A stretch of 30,482 nt of DNA from positions 1-30,482 of the IMG/VR virus record IMGVR_UViG_3300005512_000221. One strand, written 5' to 3'. Under the pieces are notes generated by a model, which was given only the letters and a program-made list of their open reading frames with translations, made no database searches and had not been told where the DNA came from. Positions 1 to 8,746 of this stretch are shown here, piece by piece. The DNA is from a virus (taxonomy: Duplodnaviria; Caudoviricetes). Position 1 is the stretch's first letter. Every line of letters starts with the position of its first letter. Made by a program: the position numbers and the translations under genes.

Positions 1-13
1 GGAGTGCCCTAAG

Positions 14-196
14 ATGGGCAGCGCCGGCCTGATTGTCGACAAGATTTTCGTCGAGATGGTCTATGTGGTCTGCCCTGGGTGCGGCGAAGAGCAGCGCGGC
101 TGGTTCGGCGACCCGAGAGGGCTCACCGAAAAATGCGAGGATTGCGGCGTCCTGTACCGGGTCAGCGATACCCCTGTTGTTGATTTTGATGTGTAG
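14..196 (+). CDS. Small zinc-ribbon protein
   Basis: 60 aa with CPGC...CEDC (two CxxC); GGAG upstream at 1-4; same strand as the operon. Confidence 0.6.
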   Translation: MGSAGLIVDKIFVEMVYVVCPGCGEEQRGWFGDPRGLTEKCEDCGVLYRVSDTPVVDFDV

Positions 197-219
197 CGGA
201 GCAATACAGCGTGAAAAAT

Positions 220-264
220 GGAAAACAAAAAAACCTCTGTGCTCTCTGTGCTCTCTGTGGTGAA
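220..264. repeat. Half copy (spacer + right arm) of the CACAGAG/CTCTGTG palindromic element
   Basis: GGAAAACAAAAAAACCTCTGTGCTCTCTGTGCTCTCTGTGGTGAA; near-identical to 2539-2584 (one substitution, one extra A). Confidence 0.9.
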
Positions 265-273
265 CAATAAAAC

Positions 274-2262
274 ATGAAAACCGCCCACCACATCACCATC
301 GACTCGGCTCCCTCCTGGCTGCCGGCGGAATACCGCGACCTGGTCGAGCCGCTGACGATCCGGCTGCGGATCTCCAGGCCGGAGCGCAAGATCTACCGCA
401 AGCGCCAGGCCGTGCAGCCGTCGAAGTGGGCCGAGAAGCATCGCTATATCACTTCAGGGCCCCTGGATGGCGGCCGCTGGTCCAACACCCTGACGCCGTA
501 TCTCACCGGCATCATGGACGCGGCCTTTTTCCCGTCGGTGCGGACCATTATTAATTGCAAGGCCGTGCAGATCGGCGGCACCACGGTGATGGAGACCTGC
601 CTGGGCTATGCGGCGGATCGGCGCCCCGGCCCCGCCCTGGTGGTGTATCCGGATCGGACTACGGCCCGCGAGAACAACCGCGACAACCTGCAGCCGATGA
701 TCCAGTCGAGCCCGCGGCTGTCGTCGCTGATGACCGGCGTTGACGACGATATCGCCTCACTGCGGATCAAGCTGACCACCATGCTCATCTATATGGGCTG
801 GTCGGGTTCGGCCACCTCCCTGGGCAACAAGTCGGTGATGTATCTCATCCTCGATGAGATTGACAAATACACCCTGACTCCCAATAAGAAAGAGGCGGCC
901 ACCATCGACCTGGCCGAAAAACGGGTAACGGCCTACCCCCACGACCACAAGCTCTTTAAGAACTCGACGCCGACGGTGGAGTCGGGGCCGATCTGGCAGG
1001 CTCTCATCAACGAGGCCCAGGTGGTCTTCGAGTACTGGGGCAAGTGCCCGCACTGTTTCCAGCTGCAGCTTATCAAGTTCGGCGGCAAGGACCCGGACGG
1101 CAACCTCATCCCCGGCGGCATCCGCTGGCCCAAAGAGGAGCCGGATTTCCGCATCATCGAGAATGAGCGGCTGGCCTGGTACGAGTGCGAGCATTGCCAG
1201 GCGCCCTGGTCGGACCATCAGCGCGACCGGGCGGTGCGTCACGGCGAATGGCGGGCCAAGAACGATGGCCGGTCGTTGTTTGTCTATCTGGGCGCCGAAC
1301 GGCCCAAAAAGATCGGCTTCCATATCCCGGCCTGGCTGTCGCCCTTCGTGTCGCTCTCCGAGAGTGCCGGCCGCTTTCTCAAGGGCCAGCAGGACAAGAC
1401 CGCCCTCAAGGATTTCTGCAACAATTACGCGGCCGAGCCCTGGGTGGTTTTTGCCGGCAAGGAGCGCCGGGTCGAGGCCATCCAGGCCCTGAAGGCCGAC
1501 CATGCCGTCGAGGGCGTGGTGCCGTCCTGGGCCCTGGTCCTGCTGTTGACCGCCGATGTCCAGAAGTATGGCATCTGGTATGAGCTGCGGGCCTGGGACG
1601 GCGACCGGACGTCACAGCTTATCCGCCACGGCTTCCTGGCCAAGGGGCTGGTGGCCAACGAGCACCAGATGGCCGACGATTTCGGCGCCCTGCAGAATGT
1701 CGCCTCGGTGCCCTACTTCACCGCGGCCCAGGCGGAATACCGGGTCCGCTTCGCCCTGGTCGACTCCGGCTACCGCACCGATGAGGTCTATGAGTTTTGC
1801 CGGACCTTCCCGCTCTGTGCGCCGTCCAAGGGCCAGGACAAGAAGATCACGCCGATGACCACCAAGAAGATTGACATCTTTCCAGGTACCGGCCGCCTTA
1901 TTCCCGGCGGCGTCACCCTGGTCAGTTTTGATACGACGATTTACAAGGATACATTAGCCCGCAGGCTGCAGGTCAACGTGAGCGATCCCGGGGCCTGGAT
2001 ACTGCATACCAACACGGACGACGGGTACTGTTATCAGTACACCGCAGAAATCAAGGACGAGGAAACAGGACTATGGGTACTACGGGGAAGTCAGGACAAT
2101 CATCTATGGGATTGCGGGGTGCTGCAGCTGGTGGCGCTGGAGATACTGGAAAAACAGGGGCTGCTGGCCAAGCTGGCAGCCTCGAGGCAGGCCCGGCAGC
2201 AGCCGCAACCGGCCCGGCCAAGAAGCCAGGGCCAGGAGAGCAGCAAAACACCGCTCTGGTGA
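274..2262 (+). CDS. terL: Terminase large subunit, lambda GpA family
   Basis: 662 aa; W....TPYL..IMD motif, KAVQIGGT Walker-A-like, LILDEID Walker B, STPT coupling motif, CPHC/CEHC zinc knuckles, nuclease motifs TADVQ, VDSGY, DNHLWDC. Confidence 0.95.
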   Translation: MKTAHHITIDSAPSWLPAEYRDLVEPLTIRLRISRPERKIYRKRQAVQPSKWAEKHRYITSGPLDGGRWSNTLTPYLTGIMDAAFFPSVRTIINCKAVQIGGTTVMETCLGYAADRRPGPALVVYPDRTTARENNRDNLQPMIQSSPRLSSLMTGVDDDIASLRIKLTTMLIYMGWSGSATSLGNKSVMYLILDEIDKYTLTPNKKEAATIDLAEKRVTAYPHDHKLFKNSTPTVESGPIWQALINEAQVVFEYWGKCPHCFQLQLIKFGGKDPDGNLIPGGIRWPKEEPDFRIIENERLAWYECEHCQAPWSDHQRDRAVRHGEWRAKNDGRSLFVYLGAERPKKIGFHIPAWLSPFVSLSESAGRFLKGQQDKTALKDFCNNYAAEPWVVFAGKERRVEAIQALKADHAVEGVVPSWALVLLLTADVQKYGIWYELRAWDGDRTSQLIRHGFLAKGLVANEHQMADDFGALQNVASVPYFTAAQAEYRVRFALVDSGYRTDEVYEFCRTFPLCAPSKGQDKKITPMTTKKIDIFPGTGRLIPGGVTLVSFDTTIYKDTLARRLQVNVSDPGAWILHTNTDDGYCYQYTAEIKDEETGLWVLRGSQDNHLWDCGVLQLVALEILEKQGLLAKLAASRQARQQPQPARPRSQGQESSKTPLW

Positions 2263-2507
2263 ACCAGGAGCTTTTGACCAGCAAGCAGGAGGTTGCCGCC
2301 CTGCTCGGCATGCACGTCGAGACCCTGGCCCGTTACCTGCGGAAATACCCGTTTCGCGGCGGCACCACCAACGGTCGCTGGCGGGTCTTCAAGACCGAGG
2401 TTTTCGCCTGGTGGCAACACGTCCGCCATCAGGAAAACCGCCACCCCGAGGCCCGGAGGATGCGGCCGGAAGAGGCTCCGGAGCTGCGGACTATCAAGGG
2501 GCGATAG
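2259..2507 (+). CDS. Helix-turn-helix DNA-binding protein (excisionase/HTH_17-like)
   Basis: GTG start overlapping the terL stop (GTGA); LLTSKQEVAALLGMHVETLARY...GRWRV...EVFAW matches a winged-HTH pattern; the 2073 start in the ORF track is likely too long. Confidence 0.8.
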   Translation: MNQELLTSKQEVAALLGMHVETLARYLRKYPFRGGTTNGRWRVFKTEVFAWWQHVRHQENRHPEARRMRPEEAPELRTIKGR

Positions 2508-2511
2508 TTTT

Positions 2512-2623
2512 GATTTTGGATATTGGATTGCGGATTGCGGAAAACAAAAAAAACCTCTGTGCTCTCTGTGTTCTCTGTGGTGAAGCATAACAATCCAAAA
2601 TCCGCCATCCCCAATCCTCAATC
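2512..2623. repeat. Inverted heptamer arrays enclosing a half copy of the CTCTGTG element
   Basis: GATTTTG GATATTG GATTGCG GATTGCG (2512-2539); element at 2539-2584; complementary CAATCC AAAATCC GCCATCC CCAATCC TCAATC (2591-2623). Confidence 0.85.
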
Positions 2624-2655
2624 TTTTGCGCGGCTGTTTCTTTTACCGCGCAAAA
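2624..2655. promoter_or_regulatory. Perfect 10-bp inverted repeat (candidate operator or hairpin)
   Basis: TTTTGCGCGG (2624-2633) / CCGCGCAAAA (2646-2655), 12-nt spacer. Confidence 0.45.
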
Positions 2656-2730
2656 ACAACCCCCTGTCAAGCAGGCACAAGCACAGCATAATGACGGCAT
2701 AATAGCGGCACAGGCACAAACCGCCAAAAC

Positions 2731-2784
2731 CCCATGGTACAAGGGAGTCTGACTATTCTCTCTTTTTCAGACTCTTTCCATGGG
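2731..2784 (+). promoter_or_regulatory. Long imperfect hairpin directly upstream of the gpW-like gene
   Basis: CCCATGG...GAGTCTGA (2731-2752) pairs with TCAGACTC...CCATGGG (2767-2784); the 3' arm reaches the likely RBS of ATG 2792. Confidence 0.5.
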
Positions 2785-2791
2785 ACAAAGT

Positions 2792-3028
2792 ATGGCCGAC
2801 TTTACCACCTGGACCGCATTTTACACCACACTCCTCAACGCCATTGCCAACCGGGACCCGGCGGTCAAGCAGTACCGCCGGCCGGATGGCACCCTTGTTG
2901 AATTCAACTCCCCGGCTGAAATGGTTGACTATGCCGCCAGGATCAAGCCTCTGGCGGATGCCGAGAGCGCCACCTCCGGTTCAGCGTCACGCCGTGTCAA
3001 CGCCACCGGCCAGGGGGACTCCTGGTAA
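2792..3028 (+). CDS. Head-tail joining protein (gpW-like)
   Basis: 78 aa directly before a lambda-type portal, TAATG coupling; VKQY..DG..VEF.S..EM pattern resembles gpW-like proteins; alternative start 2780. Confidence 0.7.
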   Translation: MADFTTWTAFYTTLLNAIANRDPAVKQYRRPDGTLVEFNSPAEMVDYAARIKPLADAESATSGSASRRVNATGQGDSW

Positions 3029-4602
3029 TGATCGGCTCCGCCATTGATAACCTGGTTGGTGTCTTTTCGCCGGCCACCAAGGTCCACCGGCTGGCGGCCC
3101 GCGAGGCCATAGCCAAGATCGAGATTCGCAGCCAGTATGCTGCCGCCAAGACCAGCCCGTCCACCGGGGCCTGGTCGCCTGTTGATTCCAAAATAAACAC
3201 TATCATCGCCAACTCGGTGCCCACCATGCGGGCCCGGGCCCGGCAGCTCATGCGAGACATGCCTGCCATGGCCACCGGCGTTGACCGGGTTGTCGACTTT
3301 ATGGTCGGTGACGGCATCACCCTCCAGGCCCGGGTCAAGGATCCGGCCACCGGCAAACTGGCCAAGGCCGTCAACCAGCAGATCGAGGACGCCTGGAATT
3401 TCTGGTGCGACCAGGCCGATGAATCAGGCCGCCTCCATTTTAACGAGATCCAGCAGCTCGCCGCCCGCCAGGAATGCGGGGCCGAGGGTGAGTATGTCAT
3501 CATCAAAAAACGGACCGCCAGGAAAAACAGCTTCCTGCCCTTGTCGCTCATGGTCCTGGAGGCCGACACCATAACCGGCTACGGCGCCACGCCCCTGGCC
3601 GGCAATGAGATTCACCAGGGCGTCGAGTATAATCCGGTTACCGGCCAGGCCGCGGCCTATCATTTTGAAGACTATGACCGCTGGGCCAAGCCGCTCCGCG
3701 TTCCTGCCGAGCAGGTCATTGTCGGTTTCCGGACTCTGCGGCCCGGTCAGTTGCGCGGCGTTACGCCTCTGGCGCCGGCCATCCTCTTGTCACACCAGCT
3801 CCGGGACTACCTGGAGGCCGAGATCTCCACTGCCCAGAAGGCGGCTCGCTGGCTGGCCTTTATCACCTCCAACGATCCGGCGGCCACCATGGCCGCCTTT
3901 GGGGCCGCTGCCTCGCCGACCTATACCGACACCGCCGGCAACTCAAAATATACCATGGAGATGGGCCACGCCGTGGTCGATTTCCTGCATAGCGGCGAAA
4001 AGGTCGATATCGCCAACCATAACCGGCCGGGCGACGCCTTTGCCCCCTTTGTCAAATTCATGCTGCAGACCTTTGCCGCCACTGTCGGCGTCACCTATGA
4101 GCTGGTGTCCGGCAATTACACTGATGCCAAATACACCGCCGCCAGGATCTCCCGCAACGACATGAACAAGTCCATCGGCGTCCGGCGTTCCCGGCTGGTT
4201 CGCCAGCTCTGCGAGAATGTCCGCCGGGAATTCCTCGACTGGGCCGTGGTCACCGGCAAACTGACCCTGCCCGGTTATTTTGCCAACCCCCTGCCCTATC
4301 TGCGGTCGGTATGGGTTGATCCCGGCATGGACCTTCTGGATCCGCTCCGCGAGGGCCGGGCCGAGAACGATTCCATGGCCAATTACACCAGGAGCCCCCA
4401 GGATGTGTTGATCTCCAAGGGCAAGGATCCGGAGACGGTCCTTGATGAGTTCCAGGAATGGGGCGAGATGCTCAAGGACCGCGATCTGTCGCCGCCGGAG
4501 TCCACCCCGGGCGGCTTGAAAACAAACCCTGCCGAAGTGGCACCAGGAACCGGCGACGGCGACGGCACGGAAGGAGGCTCCAATGCCAGCAAGAAAAAAT
4601 GA
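3028..4602 (+). CDS. Portal protein, lambda family
   Basis: 524 aa; RARARQL.RD, GVEY, RPGQLRGVTPLAP, GVTYELVSGNY, LDPLRE motifs. Confidence 0.95.
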   Translation: MIGSAIDNLVGVFSPATKVHRLAAREAIAKIEIRSQYAAAKTSPSTGAWSPVDSKINTIIANSVPTMRARARQLMRDMPAMATGVDRVVDFMVGDGITLQARVKDPATGKLAKAVNQQIEDAWNFWCDQADESGRLHFNEIQQLAARQECGAEGEYVIIKKRTARKNSFLPLSLMVLEADTITGYGATPLAGNEIHQGVEYNPVTGQAAAYHFEDYDRWAKPLRVPAEQVIVGFRTLRPGQLRGVTPLAPAILLSHQLRDYLEAEISTAQKAARWLAFITSNDPAATMAAFGAAASPTYTDTAGNSKYTMEMGHAVVDFLHSGEKVDIANHNRPGDAFAPFVKFMLQTFAATVGVTYELVSGNYTDAKYTAARISRNDMNKSIGVRRSRLVRQLCENVRREFLDWAVVTGKLTLPGYFANPLPYLRSVWVDPGMDLLDPLREGRAENDSMANYTRSPQDVLISKGKDPETVLDEFQEWGEMLKDRDLSPPESTPGGLKTNPAEVAPGTGDGDGTEGGSNASKKK

Positions 4603-6631
4603 AAACGATCTGAATTACCGGGCCGCCTCCCTGCGGCCGGGCAGCCCGAAAACCTTGAACCGCGAGACCCGGAGTCTCGAATTCGTCATCTCCACCGAGG
4701 ACGCTGTCCTCATGTATGACTGGGAGTCCGGCGACTATGTGCCGGAGGTCCTGCTGGCCAAGGGCGCGGTCATGCCGAAACAGGTGCCGCTGCTTGACAC
4801 CCATGACCGCTACTCGGTGACCACGGTGCTCGGTTCGGTCCGCAATAAAAAGACCGAGGTCGGCCTGGTTGCCGGCACCGCTATTTTCTCATCTGTCCCA
4901 GCCGCCGAAGAGGCGCTGACGAAATACGAAGAAGGGCATCTGACCGATTTCTCGGCAGGGTACAGGAACAACGCCGTCACAAGGGTAAAGAAGGGGGAGA
5001 AAGTCGAGATCGATGGCCGAACCTGGAAAGGGCCTGTCAACGTCGTCACCTCCTGGACCATCAAGGAAGTGAGCTGCTGCCCCATTGGTGCGGACCCGAA
5101 AGCCAAAGCCCGGGCCGCGAAAGATAATGATCACGATATTCTCAAAGAAAAATCTATAAAGGAGTTTGACATGACACCTGAAGAATTGAGAGCGTTGCTG
5201 GACGAGCAGCGGGCTGCCAATGCTGAAGCCATTGCCACGGCCATTTCCCCCTTTGCGGAACTGTTGAAAGGCCGCCAGGAAGAGAAAAACAGCGATGACG
5301 AAATTAAAAAAATCCGGGAAGACAGGCTCCGCAAAGAGCGCATGACTGTCGAGCACGAACGGGCCCGGGCTGACGAAATCGAAAGCGTCACCGAGAAGTT
5401 GACATCCTCGACCGGGATCGACTTTTCCGATCTTCGCCGGGAAATGATCCAGGACGGCACCGACGTCAAAGAGGCATACAAGCGCTGCATGGATAGAATT
5501 GCCGCGGCCCGCCCCGAAGACCTCACCTCTGGGATCCGCATCAGTGTCGGCAAGGAAGACAAGGAGAAATCCCGCGACGCCGCCATCGACGGCTTGATGA
5601 TCCGTTCCGGCATCCAGGTTGACAAGGTTAAAGACCGGGAGACCGAGTACCAGACCATGAACCTGCTGGAGCTGGCCAAGAACCGTTGTCTGTTCTTTGG
5701 CCAGTCGGTCCGCGGCCTGGACCAGATGGAGATCATCTCCAGGGCCCTGTCGACGTCGGATTTTGACAACATCCTGGCCGACGTTGCCAACAAGGCCATG
5801 CTCGAAGGGTTTGAGAACGCCACCGAGACCTATGATGCCTGGGTTGACACCACCGGCCGCACCAACGATTTCCGCGACCATGTTTTCGCCAGAGCCTCGG
5901 AGGCGCCGTCTTTTGTGGCGGTGAATCCTGAGGGCGGCGAATACAAGTATGGCTCCATGAGCGACGCCAAAGAGACTGTCGCTGTCACCGATTACGGCAT
6001 CATCGTGCCGTTCACCAGGAAGGCCATGGTCAATGACGACCTGGGCGCCCTGTCTGATATCAAGGAAAAACTCGGTGTCGCCGCCCGCCGCAAGTTCGGC
6101 GATCTCTGTTATGCTGTGCTCACCGGCGCCGTGACCATGGGTGACGGCAACTCCTTATGGGATGCCGCCAACCATGCCAACTACACCGCCTCCGGGGCGG
6201 CCCCGGCTGTTGCCGGCCTCAATACCGCCGCCGCCGCCATGGCTACCCAGAAGGATATCGCCGGTGTCCAGAATCTCAATATCATCCCGCAGTTTATCCT
6301 GACGCCATGGGCCCTCAAGGGCACCGTCGACAACCTGTTGACCACCACGACCCCGATTGCTCCAGGGTCAGCGGCCAGCCCGGGGATGAACCCCTGGTCG
6401 TATCTCAAGCCGGTTTACGAGGCCCGCCTTGACGCCGCTTCGGCAGCCGCCTGGTATCTGGCGGCCCGCAAGGGTATGACCGTCAAGCTCTTTACCCTCA
6501 ACGGCAATACCACCCCGAAGCTCGATATGCGGATGGACTGGTCAACCGACAGCCTGGACTTCAAGGGCCGTATCACCGGCGCCGCCAAGGCCATGGACTG
6601 GAGAGGTCTGTACAAGAACGCCGGGGAGTAA
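4583..6631 (+). CDS. Prohead protease-scaffold-major capsid protein fusion
   Basis: 682 aa; N-terminal protease motifs PLLDTH, FSAGY, EVSCCPIGADP; charged coiled-coil middle; capsid part STSDFDNIL, EGGEYKYG, NDDLGA, DWRGLYKN. Confidence 0.92.
   Translation: MPARKNENDLNYRAASLRPGSPKTLNRETRSLEFVISTEDAVLMYDWESGDYVPEVLLAKGAVMPKQVPLLDTHDRYSVTTVLGSVRNKKTEVGLVAGTAIFSSVPAAEEALTKYEEGHLTDFSAGYRNNAVTRVKKGEKVEIDGRTWKGPVNVVTSWTIKEVSCCPIGADPKAKARAAKDNDHDILKEKSIKEFDMTPEELRALLDEQRAANAEAIATAISPFAELLKGRQEEKNSDDEIKKIREDRLRKERMTVEHERARADEIESVTEKLTSSTGIDFSDLRREMIQDGTDVKEAYKRCMDRIAAARPEDLTSGIRISVGKEDKEKSRDAAIDGLMIRSGIQVDKVKDRETEYQTMNLLELAKNRCLFFGQSVRGLDQMEIISRALSTSDFDNILADVANKAMLEGFENATETYDAWVDTTGRTNDFRDHVFARASEAPSFVAVNPEGGEYKYGSMSDAKETVAVTDYGIIVPFTRKAMVNDDLGALSDIKEKLGVAARRKFGDLCYAVLTGAVTMGDGNSLWDAANHANYTASGAAPAVAGLNTAAAAMATQKDIAGVQNLNIIPQFILTPWALKGTVDNLLTTTTPIAPGSAASPGMNPWSYLKPVYEARLDAASAAAWYLAARKGMTVKLFTLNGNTTPKLDMRMDWSTDSLDFKGRITGAAKAMDWRGLYKNAGE
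5159..5173 (+). promoter_or_regulatory. Candidate internal in-frame translation start
   Basis: AAGGAG (5159-5164) then ATG 5171, in frame, at the protease/scaffold boundary. Confidence 0.5.
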
Positions 6632-6641
6632 TAATTAATCA

Positions 6642-6702
6642 AGCTGTTAGCTCTTAGCCTTTAGCTAACAGCTAACAGCTAACAGCTAAGAGCTTAAAGC
6701 TA
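6642..6702. repeat. Self-complementary heptamer array
   Basis: GCTGTTA GCTCTTA GCCTTTA then GCTAACA x3 GCTAAGA GCTTAAA; the two halves are inverted relative to each other. Confidence 0.9.
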
Positions 6703-6721
6703 TAAATACAAGGAGTACATA

Positions 6722-7087
6722 ATGGCTACTAATAGAATCCAAGGGAAAGGAAGTGTCCTGCAGGCCACCAACGGCTCTGGGGCTGATATCGTCTCTGGCC
6801 AGCCGATGTTGATCGGCGACCAGGGCCTGGCCGGTGTCTGTCTCGAAGATATCGCCAATGCCGCCGCCGGTTCCGTCGAGCTGCCGCCGGGCGTTGTTTT
6901 TGATTACCCGGTCAAAGGCCACAACGGCACGGCTAATGCAGCTGTGGCCGTCGGCGACAAGGTGTATTACACCGCCGGCGAGGCCTTCTGTGATGTTGAC
7001 AGCGCCGCGACGCTGTTTGGCTACGCCCTGGAGGCGGTTGTCTCCGGCGCCACAACCACCGTTGAAGTGCTGCTGGCCCGGGCATAA
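6722..7087 (+). CDS. DUF2190-family capsid cement/decoration protein
   Basis: 121 aa after the MCP; AAGGAG RBS; IVSGQP..IG...GV..DIA...G, GVVF, VGDKVY, FGYALEA pattern. Confidence 0.85.
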   Translation: MATNRIQGKGSVLQATNGSGADIVSGQPMLIGDQGLAGVCLEDIANAAAGSVELPPGVVFDYPVKGHNGTANAAVAVGDKVYYTAGEAFCDVDSAATLFGYALEAVVSGATTTVEVLLARA

Positions 7088-7106
7088 CGGTAAGTGAGAA
7101 TTGACA

Positions 7107-7463
7107 ATGACCCTCGCTGACCAAATTGCCTACGATAACGCCGTGGTGTTCAGCTCCGCCGATTTTGGCGAAGCAGCTCACTACCGGCGTGATGACGGGC
7201 CGCAGATCGCTACCAGGGTGACGTTCCGGCCCTTGACGGTCAACGACCTGGTCAGTGAGCATGTCATTGCCGATGATTCGATCTGCGAGATTGTCGAGAG
7301 TGATTTTGATGACTTCCTGTTCACCGTGCCCCAGCGCGGTGATGTGGTTATCCGCAACCTGTGGACCGCCAACGAAGAGTGGGAAGTGGTCGAGATCAGG
7401 CACAACGTCATGGCCGGGTTGTATACCCTGGTGGTCCGCAAGAACGCGAGGCTGATACCGTGA
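7107..7463 (+). CDS. Head-tail adaptor/joining protein (gpFII-like)
   Basis: Position; DFGE.A.Y and PQRGD.V motifs typical of these small beta-barrel neck proteins. Confidence 0.65.
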   Translation: MTLADQIAYDNAVVFSSADFGEAAHYRRDDGPQIATRVTFRPLTVNDLVSEHVIADDSICEIVESDFDDFLFTVPQRGDVVIRNLWTANEEWEVVEIRHNVMAGLYTLVVRKNARLIP

Positions 7464-7476
7464 TTTTGGATTTTTA

Positions 7477-7546
7477 TCTCACAGAGGCACAGAGCCCACA
7501 GAGGTTTGTTTTTATTTTTCTCTGTGCACTCTGTGCCTCTGTGAGA
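7477..7546 (-). repeat. Full ~70-bp CACAGAG palindromic element (reverse orientation)
   Basis: TCTCACAGAGGCACAGAGCCCACAGAG / T-rich spacer GTTTGTTTTTATTTTT / CTCTGTGCACTCTGTGCCTCTGTGAGA; 27-bp arms with 2 mismatches. Confidence 0.95.
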
Positions 7547-7563
7547 GCTAGACGGTGTGCTTC

Positions 7564-8220
7564 ATGACCCTCGCCATCCAGGTCGAAAAAAAGTCTTTTG
7601 ACATCCTGGCCCGGCGCATTACGCCGTTTCATAAGAAGGCTATGGTCGCCGCCCTGCGGGCCGAAGGCCATCGTCTCAACACCCAAGGTATCAAGCCCTA
7701 TGCCCGGAGCTGGGGCCGGGGCTCCTGGAAGCCGGTGTCGCCGGTGACGCCGCTGATCCGCAAGGGTGGCGGCTATGGACCATGGGTCGCCCGGTTTTCC
7801 CGCTACTATGTCGACGCCGAACACCTCACCGCCCATGTCGGCCTGCTCGGCAAGCTGCCGGGCGCCAGGTTCCAGCCGATCAGCCGCAGTTTTGAGGCCT
7901 CGGCCAAACGCCACGCCTCCGGCCACTCGATTTTTATCACGGCCCGGGCCCAGCGCTGGATCGCCAAGAAGGTTTTGAACCCTGGGGCTAAACATTTCAG
8001 CCGGTTGAAGACCGCCAAGGGCGCCTTCAACAAATGGAACAGGCTGCACAAGGCCATTCCTCGTGCCGGCTGGCACCGTGTCAAGCCGCGGCCCTTTGCC
8101 GAGCCTGTCCTCGCTGAACAGCGGCAGCGGTCGATCAGAAACATCACGCAGCTGTACGCCACCAAGATCAACGGCCTGCGCTGGGACCGCGACTGGGGGT
8201 CAACATGGGGCAACGCATAA
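7564..8220 (+). CDS. Basic neck/tail-completion protein (gpZ / HK97 gp10-like position)
   Basis: 218 aa, very Arg/Lys-rich, C-terminal KPRPFAEP motif, between adaptor and tail terminator. Confidence 0.6.
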   Translation: MTLAIQVEKKSFDILARRITPFHKKAMVAALRAEGHRLNTQGIKPYARSWGRGSWKPVSPVTPLIRKGGGYGPWVARFSRYYVDAEHLTAHVGLLGKLPGARFQPISRSFEASAKRHASGHSIFITARAQRWIAKKVLNPGAKHFSRLKTAKGAFNKWNRLHKAIPRAGWHRVKPRPFAEPVLAEQRQRSIRNITQLYATKINGLRWDRDWGSTWGNA

Positions 8221-8223
8221 TGG

Positions 8224-8295
8224 TCTCACAGAGGCACAGAGGCCACAGAGAAAAACAAAAAAACAAACCTCTGTGTGCTCTGTGCCTCTGTGAGA
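8224..8295 (+). repeat. Full ~70-bp CACAGAG palindromic element
   Basis: TCTCACAGAGGCACAGAGGCCACAGAG / AAAAACAAAAAAACAAAC / CTCTGTGTGCTCTGTGCCTCTGTGAGA. Confidence 0.95.
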
Positions 8296-8312
8296 AAAAA
8301 AAGGTTTGATTT

Positions 8313-8735
8313 ATGAGCACACGCAAAGATATCCGCACCGGCATTATCGCCGCCATCGCCGCCGCTGTCCCGGCGACGGTGACCGTCGGCTCCTGGTCCG
8401 GAGAGGATGCCGCCTTTAACGAGGAACACAAGTGGCCGTCGGTTTATGTGGCCTATGCCGGCAAGGTCAGCGAGGCCATGAAGGAGATTGGCGCCGTCAC
8501 CGTTTTTGCGGACCTGCGTTTTGACGTCTATGTCGGCTGCCGGACCACCTCCAGCGAGGATGGTGACAGCCAGGCCATGGACCTGCTCGAAACAATCGAG
8601 GCCGCCCTTACTGAAACAGAAATTGCCGCCGCCGGGCTGCTGGAGCCTGCCGGCGAGGAAGCGCTTGTCGCCGCCTCCATGGGCAGGTTTTTGTATGGCC
8701 AGGCCTGGCGGCTTCAGAATATACAAACCCTTTAG
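8313..8735 (+). CDS. Tail terminator / completion protein
   Basis: 140 aa acidic protein directly upstream of the tail tube; WPSVYVAY and DLLETIEAAL pattern. Confidence 0.65.
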   Translation: MSTRKDIRTGIIAAIAAAVPATVTVGSWSGEDAAFNEEHKWPSVYVAYAGKVSEAMKEIGAVTVFADLRFDVYVGCRTTSSEDGDSQAMDLLETIEAALTETEIAAAGLLEPAGEEALVAASMGRFLYGQAWRLQNIQTL

Positions 8736-8746
8736 GAGGATACGTC

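Noticed and set aside
7101-7106. TTGACA as a sigma70 -35 box
   Set aside because: No convincing -10 at 16-18 nt spacing, and it abuts a start codon mid-operon.
61-8726. Similar peptides (TTESTESTEVF, KKPLCSLCSLW, TEAQSAQR) in several short ORFs as a protein family
   Set aside because: They are translations of the non-coding DNA repeat.
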